From positions 1 through 39,803 of the forward strand of contig JAYZFK010000045.1 of NCBI GenBank assembly GCA_036336835.1: DNA of 39,803 nt, read 5' to 3'. The notes beneath the pieces were generated by a model. It had not been told where the DNA came from. It ran no database searches and saw only the letters and a list, made by a program, of their open reading frames with translations. This DNA comes from Myxococcota bacterium. GTDB taxonomy: Bacteria > Myxococcota_A > UBA9160 > UBA4427. The position numbers and the translations under genes were made by a program. The stretch's first letter is position 1. The number at the start of each line of letters is the position of its first letter. Positions 34,579-39,803 of the stretch are shown one piece after another.

Positions 34579-37500
34579 GACGAGTGGCGGCCGCCCTGGC
34601 GGCGTGGCTCGTGTGTGCCGTCCTGTTCCCGGCCGAAGTCGTCGCCGACACCGGACTACCCTACGCGGGGCCCTTCCTCGCAACGCTGCGGAGCGAGTTC
34701 TTCCGCGTCACGGGTGGACGGGCGTCGGATCCGGCCGCATCGGTGACGCTCGACGCCGAGCGGCTCGCCCGCTACCGCGCAGGCATCGAGCGCAAGCTGC
34801 GGTTCGTCACCGAGCACGTCGAACGCTACGAGCGGGTCGAGCGCGGGCGCAGCGCCAAGAAGGCGCGCAAGCGCGTGGCGACGCGCGACAGCGTGATCGC
34901 CCTCCAGTATGTCCTCGAGCTGCTGGCCGCACTCGAAGCGGAGCCCGATCCGATCCGACAGCAGCAGCTTGCGGCCGACGCGATCACGGTCGATTACGCG
35001 ACTCGCTCCTACGCCGAGCCGATCGGTGTCATCTCGATCCCGATCCATCTGTGGAACATGGTCTTCGACTGGAGCATGCCCCGTGGCCAGTCCAGCGGAT
35101 GGGCTCCGCGTGAGGCCGCAAACCTGGTCGACCCCGAGACTGGCGGCTTCTACACGCCGCGCGAGCTCGCGGCGCTGGTGCGACGAGGCGTCGATCTCTC
35201 GAGGCTCGATCCGCCGGCCGAGACGGTCTTCTGGCGCCGCGTCCCCGAGATCGACTCGCTCGACATCGTGGAGCACTACCTGGGCGGCGGCGTACCGGTG
35301 CAGCACGGCGCGCGCGCCGTGTTTCCGCCCGCCGTGGGTGCGAGGATGGACTTCGACGGGCTCCACCTGACGCAGAGCAAGCCGAAGCTCGACGCGCAGT
35401 GGAGCGGGCCTGAGTGCCGGGCGCGGCCCGCAAAGCAGCAGCGGGCCTGCACGGGTTCCTACAAGCTCAAGTTCGGCATGGAGACGCACGCCGACCCCAC
35501 CGCGAACGCGTTGCTGGCGGCAATCGGATACAACGCGGATCTCGCGAAGCACCTGAAGCATGTGCGGATCGATCTTGGCGAGTTCTCCTACGCCGAACTC
35601 GAGAAGGGGTGGACCGAGTACTTCGATCACCAGCGCCTGCACACCTACATCCCGCTCGCGTCCGTGCTGCTGCCGGGCGAGCGGGGTCACGGGCGCGACG
35701 AGCGAGGCGAGTACGTGGTGTTCCAGGAAGCGGTCGCCGAGTACAAGCCGAGGGAGATCGATCGGATCGGCTTTTGGCCGTTCAGTGAGGGCGTGGCCTC
35801 GACCTCGCGTGAGGCGCGGGCACTCCAGCTGTTCAATGTCTGGATCGCCAACGCCGACATGAAGGACGAGGAGAACAACAAGGTCTCGCTGCGGCGCAAC
35901 GCATCGGGCGAGATGCAGATCTATCTGACACAGCAGGACATCGGGCACTCGTTCGGAGTCGTGTTGCCCGAGCGCGCGGACGTGTTTCCGTGGGAGGCTT
36001 TCGAGTCGAGCCCGTGGTCGCGCTTCTTCGGCTGGATCCGCGGACGTCAGGAGATCAACTACATGAATCTCCAGCAGTCGGGCCTCGAGTGGATCGCGAC
36101 CTGGGCCGACAGCAAGTGGATGGCGCGCCGGATCGCTCAGCTCACGCGCGAGCAGATCGAGCAGGCCGTGGAGCTCGGCCGCTGGCCGGGCGGCGTCGGT
36201 GCGCTCTACGTCGAGAAGCTGCTGAATCGCCGCAACCAGATGGTGCGCGTGTTCGGGCTCGAGCAAGAGTACGGGCAGCTTCCGGTCGACCGCAGGCTCA
36301 CGACGCCCGACGGCTCGGTGGTCGATGGTGAGCTCGTGCGGAGCTCGTTCCCCGACGAGTCGCCGATCGACTACGGCCGCCACCACGCCGACGTCTTCGC
36401 ACCGGTCCTGCAGCTGCTTGGCGACAGGCTGACGGAGGCGGTGCAGGTGGGCGTGGGCTCGGTCGACGAGATCGACCCCGGCACCTTCGTGCTGACGGGC
36501 GAGCTGCGGATTGCACCCGAGCTGGTGCTCAAGCTGTCTCGGCGTGTCTACGCGAACCCGGAGCCGCAGGGGCGCTTCGATCAATACGTGGTGCAGGACA
36601 CGCTGCGCGTCGGCTTCCGGCTCGGGCTCGGCAAGATCGGCTTCGCCCAGGGCGGGTGGGCGCAGACGCTTTCGCTCGCTTTCCCGGTACCGACGCGGCG
36701 CGAGGGCGTCCACGCGCAGAGCCGGTTGCTGCCGCTGCTCCTGTGGCGCGACGTCCGCGCTGGCGATCTGCCCGAAGGTTCCGTGATCGCGCGCGAGCGG
36801 GCGTGGCGCGTCGGCGTAAGCGTGCGCAGCAGTGAGGATATCGAGGTCACCGCGGGGGCCGATCTGTCGCACGATCGCGTGTTTGCGTGGCGCACGATCG
36901 TCGACCAGCGCGACACGGCCCCGCTCGTGTACCGCGACGAGCCCCGCTACTGGAACACGCGGGCGCGCGCCTTCGCCCGGCTCGGCGTGGTGGATATTCC
37001 GTTCGTAAAGGCAAACCGACGCAGCGGCTCACTCGTGGGGCGTGCCTGGCAGGTCGATCCCGATAAACTCGCGACTCCCTCGCGCGAGCCGGGTGACGAG
37101 TCGGTCTTCGAGCGCATCGTGCGACACGGTCGGGTCGATGAGATCGAGCGTATCGCCGTCGGGCCCGCGGTGCGGATCGTCGCCACCAGCCGCGAGACCG
37201 ACGGCTGGCTCGGCTTGTTCATCGCGAGTCTCGAAGGCGATTCACGCCGCGAGCGCGTGACCGAGCAGGCGCCCACTGGCGAGGCGGTACGCAGTGAGTG
37301 GCGCGATCAGCGACGCTTCGAAGCGAGCTGGAGCTTCCTCGGCAACGGCGAGCGCCAAACGTACGAGGTGCTCGCCTGGCGCGGGGGAGAGGCCGCGCCG
37401 GCCCCGGGGCTGCGGCTTCGCTGGCAGGTCGACGATCTGAATACACACAGCGAGGAGCTCGATCGCTACTACGCGTTCCTGCGCGGGCTCGCACCCGAAA

Positions 37501-38162
37501 GCGACCTGGTGGTGGGCGATTTCGTCGCCAGCGACTGGGAGGTGAGCGGCGATCGCTACGGGCGCTGGACGCGGATGAAGACCAGCGCCGCTCTGCACCT
37601 GCGCGCGGCCGCGCTCGACGCCCTGTGTGAGCTCGATGGAGACCGATTCGAGGCCGCACTCGCCGGCGAGCTCGGTCTGGCCGCCAGCGAGGTCGCGCGC
37701 CGGCGCGCGAGGCTCGAGCAGTCCAATCTCAAGCGGCGCCTGGTGGCGCGCCGGCGGCTGGCCTCGCGCGAGGGAGACGTGATTCGGCGCGGCCACCGTC
37801 TGCTGCGCGGGCTCGCCCGCAGCTGCGAGCACCAGGACAGCGAGCGGCGGCTGCGCGGTCAGGCAGCGACGCTATTCGCCGCCAGCCCGCGTCGCGGGCC
37901 GACCTTCGATCCGGCGGTGATCGGGGCACTGCTGACTTCGCTCGACCTCGAGCGTTTGGCCAGGGAGGGCGCACTGCTGCTCGAGGGGCGTCTCCACAAG
38001 GACCGCGAAGACGAGCACAACCTGCCCGAGCGCCGCGATCTGGTGGGGCGGATCGGCAAGCCGCGCGCGGCCCTCGAGCCGACCGAGTACCGCCTGTTCC
38101 CGCGCGACGGCGTCGAGCAGTGGCAGCAGCTCGACTGGCTGCGCGCCGCCCTGGCACGCTGA
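34575..38162 (+). CDS. Large exported hypothetical protein with an atypical protein-kinase-like domain
   Basis: Signal peptide 'MRRVAAALAAWLVCAVLFPAEVVA'; motifs 'YKLKFGMETHAD', 'NADMKDEENN', 'QDIGHSFG', 'DSKWMARRIAQL'; GTGA overlap with the upstream gene. The CDS is likely real; the function is inferred. Confidence 0.6.
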   Translation: MRRVAAALAAWLVCAVLFPAEVVADTGLPYAGPFLATLRSEFFRVTGGRASDPAASVTLDAERLARYRAGIERKLRFVTEHVERYERVERGRSAKKARKRVATRDSVIALQYVLELLAALEAEPDPIRQQQLAADAITVDYATRSYAEPIGVISIPIHLWNMVFDWSMPRGQSSGWAPREAANLVDPETGGFYTPRELAALVRRGVDLSRLDPPAETVFWRRVPEIDSLDIVEHYLGGGVPVQHGARAVFPPAVGARMDFDGLHLTQSKPKLDAQWSGPECRARPAKQQRACTGSYKLKFGMETHADPTANALLAAIGYNADLAKHLKHVRIDLGEFSYAELEKGWTEYFDHQRLHTYIPLASVLLPGERGHGRDERGEYVVFQEAVAEYKPREIDRIGFWPFSEGVASTSREARALQLFNVWIANADMKDEENNKVSLRRNASGEMQIYLTQQDIGHSFGVVLPERADVFPWEAFESSPWSRFFGWIRGRQEINYMNLQQSGLEWIATWADSKWMARRIAQLTREQIEQAVELGRWPGGVGALYVEKLLNRRNQMVRVFGLEQEYGQLPVDRRLTTPDGSVVDGELVRSSFPDESPIDYGRHHADVFAPVLQLLGDRLTEAVQVGVGSVDEIDPGTFVLTGELRIAPELVLKLSRRVYANPEPQGRFDQYVVQDTLRVGFRLGLGKIGFAQGGWAQTLSLAFPVPTRREGVHAQSRLLPLLLWRDVRAGDLPEGSVIARERAWRVGVSVRSSEDIEVTAGADLSHDRVFAWRTIVDQRDTAPLVYRDEPRYWNTRARAFARLGVVDIPFVKANRRSGSLVGRAWQVDPDKLATPSREPGDESVFERIVRHGRVDEIERIAVGPAVRIVATSRETDGWLGLFIASLEGDSRRERVTEQAPTGEAVRSEWRDQRRFEASWSFLGNGERQTYEVLAWRGGEAAPAPGLRLRWQVDDLNTHSEELDRYYAFLRGLAPESDLVVGDFVASDWEVSGDRYGRWTRMKTSAALHLRAAALDALCELDGDRFEAALAGELGLAASEVARRRARLEQSNLKRRLVARRRLASREGDVIRRGHRLLRGLARSCEHQDSERRLRGQAATLFAASPRRGPTFDPAVIGALLTSLDLERLAREGALLLEGRLHKDREDEHNLPERRDLVGRIGKPRAALEPTEYRLFPRDGVEQWQQLDWLRAALAR

Positions 38163-38187
38163 GCGTCCCGTCCGCCGGCGCGCGAAG

Positions 38188-38216
38188 TGGACACCCCCGA
38201 GGCCCGGTGGTAACTC
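38188..38216 (+). promoter_or_regulatory. Candidate promoter of tRNA-Lys
   Basis: TGGACA, a 17-bp spacer, then TAACTC preceded by TG-N (extended -10-like), ending 6 bp before the tRNA. Confidence 0.35.
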
Positions 38217-38222
38217 CCGTCC

Positions 38223-38298
38223 GGGCCCGTAGCTCAGCTGGCAGAGCAGCGGACTTTTAATCCGACGGTCGCGGGTTCGAGCCCCGCCGGGCCCACCA
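38223..38298 (+). tRNA. tRNA-Lys (anticodon TTT)
   Basis: 76 nt: GGGCCCG acceptor stem, D-arm 'TAGCTCAGCTGGCAGAGC', anticodon loop CT-TTT-AA, T-loop 'GGTTCGAGCC', encoded 3' CCA. Confidence 0.97.
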
Positions 38299-38509
38299 GG
38301 TAAACGGTTGTTGTCGTTAGGAATTTGATCTCCGAGCTCGCGATCGCTTCAAAGTTGGCGGCGATTATGTGCGAGCTTGCTGCGACTTCGTTTTCGAGGT
38401 CATCGGGCGCGCGAACACGTCGGTTGGAACCGCGCCCGGTTGCAGTGTCATGGGCGCGCGGGAGCTCCAGGCGTTTTCTTCGCCGATCCGCTGATTGGCC
38501 GGCTCGCGC

Positions 38510-39487
38510 TCAGGTGCCGTCCTGGCCGCCCTCGATCCAGTCGAGCAGCCTGCGGACGGCTGGCTCGTCTTCCATCGGCCGGGCAGGGAGGAGTCGGTCG
38601 CGGAAACGCCGATCCCATAGCGTTCGTTCGAGACGGCGTCGCTGGTTGTCCGTGAGAGCGACTGACCCTCCATCGGACGAGCGATGGAGCTCACGGGCCC
38701 GCCAGTCGTAACGATAGGGACCGACGGGCGAGCACAGGTGCTTGTTCGGACAGGGATTCGGGATCCGCCTCACGATCAGCTGAGCACCGCTGTGCACGAC
38801 CTCGATCTCGTTGCGGTGAATGCTGATGAAGGTGTTTACCGCCATGCGTGGCAGAAGCTCGTCAGGGAGATGTCGCCCGGCGCCGGCGAAGTAGGACCCG
38901 TCCCACGTGTAGTCGTCGAAGATCATGGTGCCGCCGATCTTCAGCAGAACCCAGCTCTGGACGGCATCGGCGAGGACGTCGTCGGCGGTGTGGGAGCCGT
39001 CGATGTAGATGATGTCGAACGAGTTGGGCGGGAGATGTCGCAGTGTTCGCTGGGAGTACCCCTTGATCGTCGTCACGTCGTCCGCGCGCCGCGACCGCCG
39101 GGCGTTGTCGAGCCAGCGTTCCTCGATGCCATCGTCGGTGAAGATGTCGAGGGCGGTCAACGTGGTGTCGTCCCCGGTCAGGACGTTCTCGAGTATCCAG
39201 ATCGATGCGCGCCCCTCGTACACGCCGACCTCGAGGTAGGCGATGCCGGGGGTGCCGACGTACTCGCGTAGGACCTTCTGCCAGACAGGGATGTTCTTCG
39301 AGAACCAGTCTTCGGAGAACTCGTAGTCACCGCGGTACCCCACTGCGGGACGCGTGGCCTCGGGGTCGAACTCAACCGTGGGGTGAGCGACGGGATCGGA
39401 GGAGTCTTCCGACTCGCCACACGCAACCATCGCTGCGAGGCAGAACAACGCGAGGAGCGACACCACCCTCGATTCGATCACAATCAT
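38510..39487 (-). CDS. Class I SAM-dependent methyltransferase (Methyltransf_24-like) with probable lipoprotein signal
   Basis: Motif I 'YLEVGVYEGRA', 'FDIIYIDGSH', 'LKIGGTMIFDDY'; N-terminus 'MIVIESRVVSLLALFCLAAMVA-C'; GGAGAAGGA upstream of ATG 39487. Confidence 0.8.
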   Translation of the reverse strand: MIVIESRVVSLLALFCLAAMVACGESEDSSDPVAHPTVEFDPEATRPAVGYRGDYEFSEDWFSKNIPVWQKVLREYVGTPGIAYLEVGVYEGRASIWILENVLTGDDTTLTALDIFTDDGIEERWLDNARRSRRADDVTTIKGYSQRTLRHLPPNSFDIIYIDGSHTADDVLADAVQSWVLLKIGGTMIFDDYTWDGSYFAGAGRHLPDELLPRMAVNTFISIHRNEIEVVHSGAQLIVRRIPNPCPNKHLCSPVGPYRYDWRARELHRSSDGGSVALTDNQRRRLERTLWDRRFRDRLLPARPMEDEPAVRRLLDWIEGGQDGT

Positions 39488-39803
39488 TCCTTCTCCCCGG
39501 ACACCGGCACGCACGAGGCCAGTCAATGATGCCAGCAGTCGGCCCGGCGCGCGACGCGGGCCCGGCACCGCCCGAGAGAGACTCGGCAACCGGTCCGTCG
39601 CCCCGTCGTTCTCGGCTCCGGGTCTTCTAGAGAAAGAGTTGGTACGTTCGCCGAATGGCCGCCGCTCCGCGGACACGCTCGGAACTCCGCGGAAGCGACG
39701 GCTCAATCGCCAGCCCGCCGCCCCCGGGCGGCCCGCGGGGGGCGCCCACCCCAGCCGCCTGGCAACCCCCCCCCCCCCGAAACCGCGGACGCACCACTGA
39801 TGA

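Noticed and set aside
1046..38194. Many long overlapping or antisense ORFs in the track (e.g. 3787-6432, 4455-6782, 17384-19828, 27021-29018, 29949-32687, 34656-36872)
   Set aside because: Shadow ORFs expected in high-GC DNA. They overlap well-supported genes, are Arg/Ala/Pro-rich or antisense mirrors, and carry no recognisable motifs.
706..39706. Long N-terminal extensions given by the ORF track (e.g. starts at 2856, 1189, 9799, 10538, 12038, 21505, 23118, 27432, 28466, 39706)
   Set aside because: They overlap neighbouring genes or intergenic DNA. Downstream starts with SD motifs, stop/start coupling or signal peptides fit better.
39700..39803. C-rich tract with a long poly-C run at the window end (phase variation or G-quadruplex?)
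   Set aside because: Low-complexity sequence at the very edge, not within a recognisable gene; most likely a low-quality contig end.

Overview
High-GC bacterial chromosomal segment. A diderm envelope is inferred from ExbB/ExbD/TonB-like genes; a Myxococcota or deltaproteobacterial origin is only a guess. (1) 1-15469 is a catabolic/tailoring region: two amidohydrolase_2 enzymes, an exported M20/AbgB-like amidohydrolase, an SGNH hydrolase, a TauD dioxygenase, a double-domain family III CoA-transferase, two cytochrome P450s, an MFS transporter, a PRISE-like SDR, DUF2889, NIPSNAP-like and Dabb proteins. (2) 15466-17882 holds rpiA and a stand-alone Tal-Pgi-type glucose-6-phosphate isomerase. (3) 17951-26898 is an envelope module. 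A ~1100-aa exported protein made of ~42 tandem 24-25-aa DxDxDG repeats lies 2 bp behind a TonB-like gene, which is divergent from exbB-exbD, followed by a GldA/F/G-like ABC system. (4) 26904-32081 holds aroA, serA, purA and an EEP-family protein. (5) 32308-38162 is an overlapping pair of exported kinase-fold proteins: a CotH-like protein with apparently degenerate catalytic motifs plus a beta-helix, and a 1195-aa protein with intact atypical-kinase motifs. (6) tRNA-Lys(TTT) is followed by a probable lipoprotein methyltransferase. The best candidates for undescribed systems are the TonB/ExbBD plus Ca-binding-repeat module and the exported kinase/pseudokinase pair. All family calls come from reading motifs by eye; no searches were run, and several start codons are estimates.
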